Shown here piece by piece: positions 28,477-37,891 of a stretch of DNA of 64,000 bases (position 1 is its first letter; every line of letters begins with the position of its first letter). The stretch is from the NCBI GenBank assembly GCA_902588635.1, contig CACIPW010000002.1, positions 28,306-92,305 of the forward strand, given 5' to 3'. This DNA is from an uncultured Pelagibacteraceae bacterium (GTDB lineage: Bacteria; Pseudomonadota; Alphaproteobacteria; Pelagibacterales; Pelagibacteraceae). The notes under the pieces are model-generated. The model was not told the DNA's origin, searched no databases, and saw only the letters and a list, made by a program, of their open reading frames with translations. Both the position numbers and the translations under genes were made by a program.

Positions 28477-30261
28477 ATGACTAAAATGACAACCGAAGAA
28501 GCTTTTATTAAAGTTCTTCAAATGCATGGCATTGAACATGCATTTGGAATTATTGGCTCTGCATTCATGCCAATCTCAGATTTATTTCCAAAAGCTGGAA
28601 TTACTTTTTGGGATGTGGCACATGAAACTAATGGTGGGTTAATAGCAGATGGTTATACAAGAGCTACTGGCAAAATGTCTATGGTCATAGCACAAAATGG
28701 TCCCGGCATAACTGGACTTGTTACCCCAATTAAAACAGCCTATTGGAATCATACACCTTTGCTTTTGGTAACACCTCAAGCTGCTAACAAAACTATGGGA
28801 CAAGGTGGATTTCAAGAAGTAGAACAAATGAACTTGTTTAAAGATATGGTTTGTTATCAAGAAGAAGTTAGAGACCCATCAAGAATGGCAGAGGTTTTAA
28901 ATAGAGTTATAGAAAAGGCAGTAAGAGGTTCTGCGCCAGCACAAATAAATATTCCAAGAGATTATTGGACACAAGTTATTGATATTGATCTTCCACCAAT
29001 TGTAAGATTTGAAAGACAAGGCGGAGGCAAAGAAGCAATTAATAGAGCTGCAAAATTATTATCTGAAGCAAAATTTCCAGTCATTTTGTCCGGTGCTGGA
29101 GTTGTAATTGGCGACGCAATAGAAGATTGTAAAAAACTTGCTGAAAAATTAGATGCACCAGTTTGTAGTGGTTATCAACACAATGACAGTTTTCCAGGTA
29201 GTCATCCATTAGCTGTTGGACCTTTAGGTTACAATGGTTCAAAAGCTGCGATGCAGTTAATTTCAAAAGCCGATGTAGTTTTAGCGTTAGGAACAAGATT
29301 AAATCCTTTTTCAACTTTACCAGGTTATGGAATTGACTATTGGCCGAAGAATGCAAAAATTATTCAAGTAGACATGAATCCAGACAGAATTGGACTTACA
29401 AAAAAAGTAACAGTTGGTATTTGTGGAGATGCAAAATTAGTTTCTAAACAACTTTTAGATAAACTTTCACCTAAAGCTGGAGATAGTGGAAGAGAAGAAA
29501 GAAAAAATTCAATACATCAAACTAAATCTGCTTGGCTTCAAACTTTAACTGGTTTAGATCATGAAGAAGATGATCCAGGAACAGTTTGGAATAAGGAAGC
29601 TAGAGAAAGAGATAAAGATAGAATGTCACCCAGGCAAGCTTGGAGAGCAATCCAAGAAGGAATGCCTAATGATTCTATAATTTCAAGCGACATAGGTAAT
29701 AATTGCGCTATTGGAAATGCATATCCAACTTTTGAAAAAGGTAGAAAGTATTTAGCTCCAGGTTTATTTGGACCTTGTGGTTACGGTTTTCCATCTATCT
29801 TAGGCGCAAAAATTGGTTGTCCTGAAACTCCTGTTATAGGTTTTGCTGGAGATGGAGCCTTTGGAATAAGCATGAATGAAATGAGTTCATGTGCAAGAAA
29901 AGAATGGCCATCAATAACAATGGTAATTTTTAGAAATTATCAATGGGGAGCAGAAAAAAGAAACTCTATACTTTGGTTTGATGATAACTTTGTTGGAACA
30001 GAACTTGATCCAGAATTAAGTTATGCAAAAGTAGCTAACGCTTGTGGTTTGAAAGGTGTATCAGTTAAAACTATGGAAGAAACAACAAAAGCGATCAAAC
30101 AATCTTGTGAGGATCAAAAAAAAGGGATCACAACCTTTATAGAAGTAATACTTAATCAAGAATTAGGAGAACCATTTAGAAGAGATGCTATGAAAAAACC
30201 TGTTAAAGTTGCAGGCATAAATAAAAGTGATATGAAAACTCAAAAACCTTTAAATGGATGA
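28477..30261 (+). CDS. xsc: Sulfoacetaldehyde acetyltransferase (TPP-dependent)
   Basis: MTTEEAF.KVLQMHGIEHAFGIIGSAFM, GDGAFGISMNE, NYQWGAEKRN, ELGEPFRRDAM. Confidence 0.95.
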   Translation: MTKMTTEEAFIKVLQMHGIEHAFGIIGSAFMPISDLFPKAGITFWDVAHETNGGLIADGYTRATGKMSMVIAQNGPGITGLVTPIKTAYWNHTPLLLVTPQAANKTMGQGGFQEVEQMNLFKDMVCYQEEVRDPSRMAEVLNRVIEKAVRGSAPAQINIPRDYWTQVIDIDLPPIVRFERQGGGKEAINRAAKLLSEAKFPVILSGAGVVIGDAIEDCKKLAEKLDAPVCSGYQHNDSFPGSHPLAVGPLGYNGSKAAMQLISKADVVLALGTRLNPFSTLPGYGIDYWPKNAKIIQVDMNPDRIGLTKKVTVGICGDAKLVSKQLLDKLSPKAGDSGREERKNSIHQTKSAWLQTLTGLDHEEDDPGTVWNKEARERDKDRMSPRQAWRAIQEGMPNDSIISSDIGNNCAIGNAYPTFEKGRKYLAPGLFGPCGYGFPSILGAKIGCPETPVIGFAGDGAFGISMNEMSSCARKEWPSITMVIFRNYQWGAEKRNSILWFDDNFVGTELDPELSYAKVANACGLKGVSVKTMEETTKAIKQSCEDQKKGITTFIEVILNQELGEPFRRDAMKKPVKVAGINKSDMKTQKPLNG

Positions 30262-30637
30262 TGTTAAGATAAGCTCTAATAAAAGTTTCGGAATAGTATT
30301 CTTTGTAGTTTTTTTAATAATTTCCATATTTCCTTTAATAAATGAAGGAAATTTAAGAATATGGGCATTAATTATTTCAATAATTTTTCTTATTTTGGGA
30401 TTGGTAAATTCTAATATTTTAACTCCTTTAAATAAAATTTGGTTTAGATTTGGGTTAATTTTAGGAAAAATAGTCTCTCCAATAGTGATGAGTGTAATAT
30501 TTTTTTTAGTGGTAACTCCCATTGGTATTTTAATGAGAATTTTAAGAAAAGATTTATTAAATTTAAAAATTAATGACAGCAAATCTTATTGGGTTGAAAA
30601 AAGTGAACCAAAAAGCAAAATGAGAAATCAATTTTAA
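30254..30637 (+). CDS. SxtJ-family membrane protein
   Basis: SNKSFG, LTPLNKIW.RFG..LG.IVSP, TPIG..MR...KDLL, SYW. Confidence 0.85.
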   Translation: MDDVKISSNKSFGIVFFVVFLIISIFPLINEGNLRIWALIISIIFLILGLVNSNILTPLNKIWFRFGLILGKIVSPIVMSVIFFLVVTPIGILMRILRKDLLNLKINDSKSYWVEKSEPKSKMRNQF

Positions 30638-30638
30638 T

Positions 30639-30788
30639 ATGAGTTTTATTAAAGAATTTTTGGAATTTTTAAAAGTTAGAAAAAAATATTGGCTTTTACC
30701 TATTATTATTGTTCTCGTTTTATTTGGTGGATTAATCATTTTAAGCCAAGGCTCAGCAGTAGCCCCTTTTATTTATACAATTTTTTAA
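30639..30788 (+). CDS. SxtK/DUF5989-type small membrane protein (49 aa; not in the ORF track)
   Basis: MSFIKEFLEFLKVRKKYWLLPIIIVLVLFGGLIILSQGSAVAPFIYTIF. Confidence 0.88.
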   Translation: MSFIKEFLEFLKVRKKYWLLPIIIVLVLFGGLIILSQGSAVAPFIYTIF

Positions 30789-30789
30789 A

Positions 30790-32625
30790 GTGAGATCAAT
30801 CTTAGGTATATCTGCATTTTATCACGATAGTGCAGCTTGTATTTTAAAAGATGGAGAAATTATTGCAGCAGCCCAAGAAGAGCGTTTTACAAGAATAAAA
30901 CATGATGCAAGATATCCACGTAATGCAATTAATTTTGTTTTAAATTTTGCAAATTTAAAATTAAGCGAAGTAGATCAAATTGTTTTCTTTGAAAAACCAT
31001 TTTTAAAATTTGAAAGACTTTTAGAAACATACGTGGCTTTTGCTCCAAAAGGATTTTTCTCTTTTAGTAAAGCAATGCCTCTATGGATTAAAGAAAAACT
31101 TTTTCAGAAAAATTTATTATTTAATAAACTTAAAGAACATGATGAAAATTATAAATCTGATCAAAACATTTTTTTTTCAGAACATCACTTAAGCCATGCT
31201 GCTAGTGCTTTTTTTCCGTCTCCATTTGATGAAGCTGTGGTTTTAACAGCTGATGGAGTTGGAGAATGGGCAACCACCACAGTTGCTGTCGGAAAAGGTA
31301 ATGCATTAGAAATTAAAAAAGAAATTCACTTTCCTCATTCGCTTGGTCTCCTTTATTCAGCTTTTACTTATTACATTGGATTTAAAGTTAACAGTGGAGA
31401 ATATAAATTAATGGGTTTGGCTCCTTACGGCAATTCAATTTATGAAGACAAGATAAAAAAGTTATTAGACATTAAAGAAGACGGAACTTTCAGACTAGAT
31501 CAAAAATATTTTAATTACGCTACTGGGCTTACAATGACCAATGACAAGTTCAATAATTTATTTGGACAAAAACCGAGAAATTCTCGAAATGAAAAGATAG
31601 CTCAATTTCATATGGATATTGCAGCATCTATTCAAAAAGTTACTGAACAAATAATGATTAAATTAGCAAAAGCTATTCGTAAAGAATATAATATTAAAAA
31701 TCTATGTTTAGCTGGAGGTGTTGCGTTAAATTGTGTAGCTAACGGTAAAATTCTTAATGAAAAGATTTTTGATAACATTTGGATCCAGCCTGCAGCTGGT
31801 GATGCCGGTGGTTCTTTAGGCGCTGCCTTAGCGTTATGGCATATAGATCAAGGGAATAAAAGGAAGACAAATTCAGAAGACGATATGAAAGGTTCATTTT
31901 TAGGACCAGAATACTCACAAGACAAAATTCAAAAAGAATTAAAGTCAATTGGTGCCAATTTTGAAACCATAAATTATGAAGATTTAATTAATCAAACATC
32001 AGAACATTTATCCAAAGGAAAAGCTGTTGGCTGGTTTCAGGGAAGGATGGAGTTTGGACCAAGAGCGCTTGGCGCCAGGTCAATTTTAGGAGACCCAAGG
32101 TCAGATAAAATGCAAAAAAATCTTAACTTAAAAGTTAAATACAGAGAAAGTTTCAGACCATTTGCACCTTCGATTTTACAAGAAGATCTATCTAATTGGT
32201 TTGAAATGTGCGTTGATAGTCCATACATGTTATTAGTTGCTAACGTTAATTCTAAAAAAAAAATTGAAATGTCAGATGAACAAAAGAAGCTTTTTGGAAT
32301 TGAAAAATTAAATATAAAAAGATCAGAAATACCAGCGGTAACCCATGTTGATTATTCTGCCAGAGTTCAGTCTGTTAACATGAATACTAACAAACGCTAT
32401 TATGATTTGATTTCAAAATTTAAAGAAAAAACTGGGTGTCCTGTAATTGTTAATACTTCATTTAATGTAAGAGGTGAGCCAATTGTGAATACTCCCACAG
32501 ATGCCTTTAATTGTTTTATGGGTACAGAATTAGATTATTTAATAATTGGAAACTGTATTTTAGATAAAAAAAAACAAGATCTAAATCTTAAAAAAGACTA
32601 TACAAAAGAATTCGAATTAGATTAA
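30790..32625 (+). CDS. O-carbamoyltransferase (NodU/CmcH/SxtI family)
   Basis: GISAFYHDSAA, EERFTRIKHD, EHHLSHAASAF, GEYKLMGLAPYG, GPRALGARS, NTSFNVRGEP. Confidence 0.93.
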   Translation: MRSILGISAFYHDSAACILKDGEIIAAAQEERFTRIKHDARYPRNAINFVLNFANLKLSEVDQIVFFEKPFLKFERLLETYVAFAPKGFFSFSKAMPLWIKEKLFQKNLLFNKLKEHDENYKSDQNIFFSEHHLSHAASAFFPSPFDEAVVLTADGVGEWATTTVAVGKGNALEIKKEIHFPHSLGLLYSAFTYYIGFKVNSGEYKLMGLAPYGNSIYEDKIKKLLDIKEDGTFRLDQKYFNYATGLTMTNDKFNNLFGQKPRNSRNEKIAQFHMDIAASIQKVTEQIMIKLAKAIRKEYNIKNLCLAGGVALNCVANGKILNEKIFDNIWIQPAAGDAGGSLGAALALWHIDQGNKRKTNSEDDMKGSFLGPEYSQDKIQKELKSIGANFETINYEDLINQTSEHLSKGKAVGWFQGRMEFGPRALGARSILGDPRSDKMQKNLNLKVKYRESFRPFAPSILQEDLSNWFEMCVDSPYMLLVANVNSKKKIEMSDEQKKLFGIEKLNIKRSEIPAVTHVDYSARVQSVNMNTNKRYYDLISKFKEKTGCPVIVNTSFNVRGEPIVNTPTDAFNCFMGTELDYLIIGNCILDKKKQDLNLKKDYTKEFELD

Positions 32626-32636
32626 AATTTGGTTTT

Positions 32637-33413
32637 TTAAATTATATTAGCTTTTACAGATCCTAGCTTGTCTATTTTTCCTATGTAAAGACCTTTATTT
32701 TTTATTGGAACTACGCCTACGGTAGAACCAGTGAATACCCAAAAATCTTTATTTAAATTTAGCTTATCTTTTTGGATTTTATTTAAAACAAATCTTAAAG
32801 AGTTTAATGGATTAATAAATACAGTATTTGTATTACCATTCACGCTTTGATTTGTTTTTTTATTATAAATTTTAGTTTTTAAATTACTAATATTAAATTT
32901 TTTATATTTCTTTTTTTGACCAATTATGAATTTAACATTAGCACCAAAATCGCTACATAAATCACCTAAATAAGTAATACCTTTTTTTTTCTGTCTGTAT
33001 CCAACAATTTCAATGCATGGTGCTATATATGATATAAATTTAGTAATATTTTTTTTTAAAATTGTACTTTTTGACGCAAAAAATGTTTTTTTAATTAAAT
33101 AACAAACCTCAAGTTCTATACCTAATGTTGATTTATTGATTTTAACTCTTTTGCCACTTTTCAAAAAATTTCTTTTGTAAATAGATGCGTAAAAGGGTTC
33201 TTTTTCTTTCAATTTTTTCAAAACTGGAATTGCTGTTCCTCCAGCTTTAAAACCAATCACAGACCATTTAATTTTACTTTCACACGTTCTTCTTAATAGG
33301 TCAGCATTTTTAATATTTTTGCAAAATTTAATTGGAATAGGTTCAATTATTTTTTTTTTTGTAAATGCATTTACGAGATTATTTGATATTGTATTTAATT
33401 GTTTTCTATTCAC
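32637..33413 (-). CDS. Fumarylacetoacetate-hydrolase superfamily, 2-keto-4-pentenoate hydratase-like
   Basis: GFKAG, IELEV, PCIEIV, NPLNSL, FTGS. Confidence 0.75.
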   Translation of the reverse strand: MNRKQLNTISNNLVNAFTKKKIIEPIPIKFCKNIKNADLLRRTCESKIKWSVIGFKAGGTAIPVLKKLKEKEPFYASIYKRNFLKSGKRVKINKSTLGIELEVCYLIKKTFFASKSTILKKNITKFISYIAPCIEIVGYRQKKKGITYLGDLCSDFGANVKFIIGQKKKYKKFNISNLKTKIYNKKTNQSVNGNTNTVFINPLNSLRFVLNKIQKDKLNLNKDFWVFTGSTVGVVPIKNKGLYIGKIDKLGSVKANII

Positions 33414-33448
33414 AAAATTAATTATACGCTAATAATTTAAAAAAAATA

Positions 33449-34012
33449 ATGAAATTTATAAATTATTATAATAATCCGAAAAATTTAAGGTTCGAGTCTT
33501 TTAAATTTGCTTTATATGAGGCCAATAACAGAGGTCACAAAATTATAGTTGAAACTGGAGTAGCACGTGGAAAAACCAAATTTTTTTTTATAAATAAAAT
33601 TAATTGGTTAGATGGAATGAGTACTTTAATTTTTTCTGACTTTGCAAAATTTGTAAATGGTTTTTTATATTCATGTGATATAAAAAAAAAAAATATTCAA
33701 AATGCGAAAAATTTTACAAAACAAAATTCTGATTTTATAAAATTTATACAAGATGATAGTTTAAATTTTTTAAAAAAATTTGATAAAAAAATTGATTTTT
33801 TATATTTAGATTCCCTTGATGGTCAATTTGAAAATGCAGCAAATCATCAACTTAGTGAAATTAAATTTGCTGAAAAAAACTTACATCCAAATTCTCTTGT
33901 TTTATTAGATGACAAAGGCCAGAAAACTAATTTATCAATTGATTATATGGTCAAAAATGGTTTTAAAATAATAAATGAAACAAAGCAGCAAGTATTACTA
34001 TCTAAATCTTAA
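33449..34012 (+). CDS. Class I SAM-dependent methyltransferase-like protein
   Basis: IVETG, SCDI, DDSLNFL, IDFLYLDS, LLDD. Confidence 0.75.
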   Translation: MKFINYYNNPKNLRFESFKFALYEANNRGHKIIVETGVARGKTKFFFINKINWLDGMSTLIFSDFAKFVNGFLYSCDIKKKNIQNAKNFTKQNSDFIKFIQDDSLNFLKKFDKKIDFLYLDSLDGQFENAANHQLSEIKFAEKNLHPNSLVLLDDKGQKTNLSIDYMVKNGFKIINETKQQVLLSKS

Positions 34013-34023
34013 ATGATTTAAAT

Positions 34024-34815
34024 TTAATTTTTTAAAATACTTTGTGGATCTAATCTTTCAGAAAACCAATTTAATCTAATATCTAAGTGTGGCCCAGTTG
34101 CTCTTCCCGAAGAACCTACTGTTCCAACAATTTCTCCTTTTTTTACATGATCACCAACCTTTACAAAAATTTTATCCATATGCATATATAAAGTGGAAAC
34201 ACCATGTCCATGATCAAAAATCAAAGTTGCACCAGTGTAAAATAAATCATTTTCAGCCAATGTTACTATAGCGTTATTCATTGCCTTAATTGGGGTTCCT
34301 TTTTTTTGTGCAAAATCCAAACCGTAATGAGGCCATTTTGGTATTCCGTTTAAAATTCTTTGACTTCCATAAACACCAGTTATTATTGCATCATCAACTG
34401 GTAATATAAATTTTTCTTTAAAAAATGGTAAGTCACTATCAATTTCTCTAGCTTTACCAATTAGTTGGTTTTCTTTTTTTATTCTTTCGTATAATTCTTC
34501 TGGAGGTGTAACTTTTTTTTTTGGCAATCCATCAATTCTTTGAATTTTATATTTTCTTTTTTGAATTTTTTTTACAATCTTTTTTTCATTTTCTCTAATT
34601 ACTATGTCAAATTTTCTATCTTTTCCTATGCCGAAAGCAAAATATCCATCTTTTGAAACCTTTACCTTTTTTTTGTCTATAATAATTTTTGCACCAGGAG
34701 AAGTTTTACCAATAATGTAATGACCTTGAATGAACTTTCCTTGAAATTCAACGGCAATTGCCTTGAGATTAAAAAAAAATATGATTAGTATGTATTTTAT
34801 TATTTTGCTGTCCAT
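34024..34815 (-). CDS. M23-family metallopeptidase
   Basis: HYGLD, DHGHG..TLYMHM, ATGPHLD. Confidence 0.9.
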   Translation of the reverse strand: MDSKIIKYILIIFFFNLKAIAVEFQGKFIQGHYIIGKTSPGAKIIIDKKKVKVSKDGYFAFGIGKDRKFDIVIRENEKKIVKKIQKRKYKIQRIDGLPKKKVTPPEELYERIKKENQLIGKAREIDSDLPFFKEKFILPVDDAIITGVYGSQRILNGIPKWPHYGLDFAQKKGTPIKAMNNAIVTLAENDLFYTGATLIFDHGHGVSTLYMHMDKIFVKVGDHVKKGEIVGTVGSSGRATGPHLDIRLNWFSERLDPQSILKN

Positions 34816-35567
34816 CCACCATCAACTAATAATGAAGTTCCATGTACCATTGATGCTGCGTCAGAAGCCAGAAAAACTACAGCTGAGGCTATTTCTGACA
34901 TTTCAGCAAATCTTCCAAGTGGAATATTGTTTAAAGTTTCTCTCTTAAATTTTTTATTTTTTAAAAATTTTTTTGTCATGGGTGTTACCACAAAGGTTGG
35001 CGCAACAGTATTTACTCTAATATTATATTTTGCTAAATCTACCGCCATTCCTCTAGTCAATCCTTCAATCCCCCATTTGTTCATATTGTAAACACTACGA
35101 ATACTTCCTCCAACATGACCCATTTGAGAGGACATATTGATAATTGAGGCACCGATTTTTTTTCTATTTCTAAGTTCAATCATTTTATTTGCACATAATT
35201 GAGCAAGATTAAAAGCTGCAATTGTGTTTATTTTTACTAAGTATTCCATGTCTTTTGTTTTAACTTTTGTAAAATGTTCTGGGATATTATTTCCTGCATT
35301 ATTAACTAAAATATCAATTCTTGGTTGCTTATTAACTATACTTTTAATTTGATTGTAATTTGTAATATCACAGACATATGATTTACATTTAACTCTATAT
35401 TTTTTAATTCTTTTAGAAACTTCTTCTAAGTCTTTTTTAGTACGACTTATTATTATTAAATTACTTCCTGCTTCAGCAAAAGCAATTGCGCATGCTCTAC
35501 CAAGGCCTTTTCCAGCTCCAGAAACTAAAGCAATTTTTCTCTTTAAATTGTATCTTTTTAAAAACAT
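34800..35567 (-). CDS. Short-chain dehydrogenase, resembling HpsO-type sulfonate dehydrogenases
   Basis: SGAGKGLG, NNAG, SSQMGHVGG..RSVY...K, GTSLLVDGGWTA. Confidence 0.85.
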   Translation of the reverse strand: MFLKRYNLKRKIALVSGAGKGLGRACAIAFAEAGSNLIIISRTKKDLEEVSKRIKKYRVKCKSYVCDITNYNQIKSIVNKQPRIDILVNNAGNNIPEHFTKVKTKDMEYLVKINTIAAFNLAQLCANKMIELRNRKKIGASIINMSSQMGHVGGSIRSVYNMNKWGIEGLTRGMAVDLAKYNIRVNTVAPTFVVTPMTKKFLKNKKFKRETLNNIPLGRFAEMSEIASAVVFLASDAASMVHGTSLLVDGGWTAK

Positions 35568-35568
35568 T

Positions 35569-36147
35569 TTATATCAATAACTTTAAATCAGTATAAATCA
35601 ACTCTATTGCTACTATTAGTATTGCTAATAAACCTAGCCAACCAATCCATTTATATTTTTTAATCCAATTTGAAATAAGAGTTGCTGCAGTAGCCATTAA
35701 AAGTATTGATAAAACTAGTCCAAAAACTAATAAAAAATAATGATTTTTTGCTGCTCCAGCTACACCCAATACATTGTCAAGACTCATAGTAAAATCAGCA
35801 ATCAATATAGTCCATATAGCTTTTAAAAAACTAGAGCTATTAACTTTTATTTTATTGTCTTCAGTATTTTGTTTTTTTATTACATCTACGTACAATTTAT
35901 AAACTATATATAAGAGTGCTAATCCACCAATTAAACGCAAACCTTTAATTTGAAGCAAATACGCTGTTAATAAAGTTAGGATAATTCTTAAAATAACAGC
36001 TGCTCCGATACCAAAAAAAATTATTTTTTTTCTTTTATCGATTGGAAATTGAGAAGCAACCATGCCAATTATAATTGCATTATCGCCTGCTAAAACTAAA
36101 TCTATAAAAACTATTTGAAAAAAAATTATAACTTGTTCGGACAACAT
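35569..36147 (-). CDS. TerC/YjbE-family membrane protein
   Basis: IDLVLAGDNA and ADFTMSLDNVL motifs. Confidence 0.9.
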   Translation of the reverse strand: MLSEQVIIFFQIVFIDLVLAGDNAIIIGMVASQFPIDKRKKIIFFGIGAAVILRIILTLLTAYLLQIKGLRLIGGLALLYIVYKLYVDVIKKQNTEDNKIKVNSSSFLKAIWTILIADFTMSLDNVLGVAGAAKNHYFLLVFGLVLSILLMATAATLISNWIKKYKWIGWLGLLAILIVAIELIYTDLKLLI

Positions 36148-37757
36148 TAATTACCCAATATCATATCTGCACCCTTTTCAGCAATCATTATAGTTGGAGC
36201 GTTTGTATTACCAGAGGTTATGTTTGGCATTATAGACGCGTCAATTACTCTTAAATTTTCTATTCCATGAACTTTTAATTTATCAGAGACAACTGCATTA
36301 TCATCACTTCCCATTTTGCATGTTCCAACAGGGTGAAATATAGTTTGAGTATAATCGCTACCAGCCTTAACTAATTCTTCATCATCTTTTATATGCGTTC
36401 CTGGTCTATACTCTTCAGGTTCATATTTTTTAAATGTTTTTGTTTCAAGCATTATTTTTCTTACAAGTTTTAAACCTTGTGCAGCTACATATCTGTCATC
36501 GTCAGTAGATAGGTAATTCATTTTAATTTTTGGATATGTTCTACTATCATTGCTGACTATATTTACTTCACCTCTACTTGTAGGTCTAATGTTTGCTACT
36601 GTAGGAGTAATTCCATCAAAGTCATGTAATTTAGATGCACCTAAAATGTCTGTGCTTATTGGTTGGACGTGAAATTGTAAATTTGGTGTAGCTCGTGAAG
36701 AATCACTTTTTGCAAAACCACAGACTTGACTGGCTCCCATAGTCATAGGTCCACTTTGATTAAAAATATATTCTAATCCAATCAACATATTTCCAATTAA
36801 ACTATTAATTTTTTTATTTAATGATTTAAGATTTTTTACTTTATATACTGGCCGAAACATTAAATGATCTTGTAGATTTTTACCGACACCCTTTAATTCA
36901 TTAACAATATTAATTCCATTTTTTTTCAATTTATCACCACTTCCAATACCTGAAACTTGTAATATATGAGGAGATCCAATTGAACCAGCTGACAAAACAA
37001 TCTCTTTATTAGCCTTAGCTGTGAATAATTTATCTTTCTTGTAGTAATTTACACTTACTGCTTTTTTCCCTTCAAAGTTTATTTTTTGAACATGAGCATT
37101 GATAATTATTTTTAAATTAGGTCTTTTTTTTACAGGATCTAAATATCCTTTTGCAGCACTACATCTTAATTTTAAACCTTTGTGACTGTGGCTAGTTGTA
37201 AATTGATAATAACCTATACCAAAATTATCACCTGTATTAAAATCATTAACTTTAGGTATACCTTGTTCTTCGGCAGCATTTAAAAATTCATCTAGCATTT
37301 TTAATTTAATTTTTTTATTTGAAACCATAATAGGACCACTATCATTATGAAATTCACTTTTTCCCATTTCATTATTTTCTGATTTTAAAAAATATGGGAG
37401 AACATCATTCCAAGACCAACCATTATTTCCTTGTTGGCGCCAATTATCATAATCGCTACTTTGGCCTCTTATCCATAAAAGACCATTGATAGAAGAACTT
37501 CCTCCTAATGTTTTACCTCTAGGATATCTTATGGATCTATTATTCATGGTCTCATCTTTTTCTGTATGAAAACACCAATCAACTTTTGGATTGTGCATCG
37601 TTTTATAATATCCAACGGGAATGTGTATCCATGGATAGTTATCTTTTCCTCCTGCCTCTAGAAGTAAAATTTTATTTTTTGAGTTAGAAGAAAGTCTGTT
37701 TGCTAAAACGCACCCTGCAGATCCAGCACCAATTATTATGTAATCAAAATTTTCCAT
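36147..37757 (-). CDS. GMC-family FAD oxidoreductase (choline dehydrogenase-like)
   Basis: GAGSAG, RGKTLGGSSSING, GKNLQDH, FHPVGTCKMG, SGNTNAPTIMIAEK. Confidence 0.92.
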   Translation of the reverse strand: MENFDYIIIGAGSAGCVLANRLSSNSKNKILLLEAGGKDNYPWIHIPVGYYKTMHNPKVDWCFHTEKDETMNNRSIRYPRGKTLGGSSSINGLLWIRGQSSDYDNWRQQGNNGWSWNDVLPYFLKSENNEMGKSEFHNDSGPIMVSNKKIKLKMLDEFLNAAEEQGIPKVNDFNTGDNFGIGYYQFTTSHSHKGLKLRCSAAKGYLDPVKKRPNLKIIINAHVQKINFEGKKAVSVNYYKKDKLFTAKANKEIVLSAGSIGSPHILQVSGIGSGDKLKKNGINIVNELKGVGKNLQDHLMFRPVYKVKNLKSLNKKINSLIGNMLIGLEYIFNQSGPMTMGASQVCGFAKSDSSRATPNLQFHVQPISTDILGASKLHDFDGITPTVANIRPTSRGEVNIVSNDSRTYPKIKMNYLSTDDDRYVAAQGLKLVRKIMLETKTFKKYEPEEYRPGTHIKDDEELVKAGSDYTQTIFHPVGTCKMGSDDNAVVSDKLKVHGIENLRVIDASIMPNITSGNTNAPTIMIAEKGADMILGN

Positions 37758-37891
37758 TTTTAGTTGAATATTTTTTTTAGCAATTGTTATCTAATGTTTT
37801 TTACACTCATATTTGTCAATTGTCACTTGTATCGAATTGATTTTTCTGGTTTGATGCGCACGTTAAATTTAACTAACAAAAAGGGAATATA

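Noticed and set aside
30254-32625. Saxitoxin biosynthesis
   Set aside because: Only sxtI/J/K-like genes are present; no sxtA, sxtG or other core genes.
35569-36147. yybP-ykoY (Mn) riboswitch ahead of the TerC/YjbE gene
   Set aside because: The start codon overlaps the GMC stop, leaving no leader.
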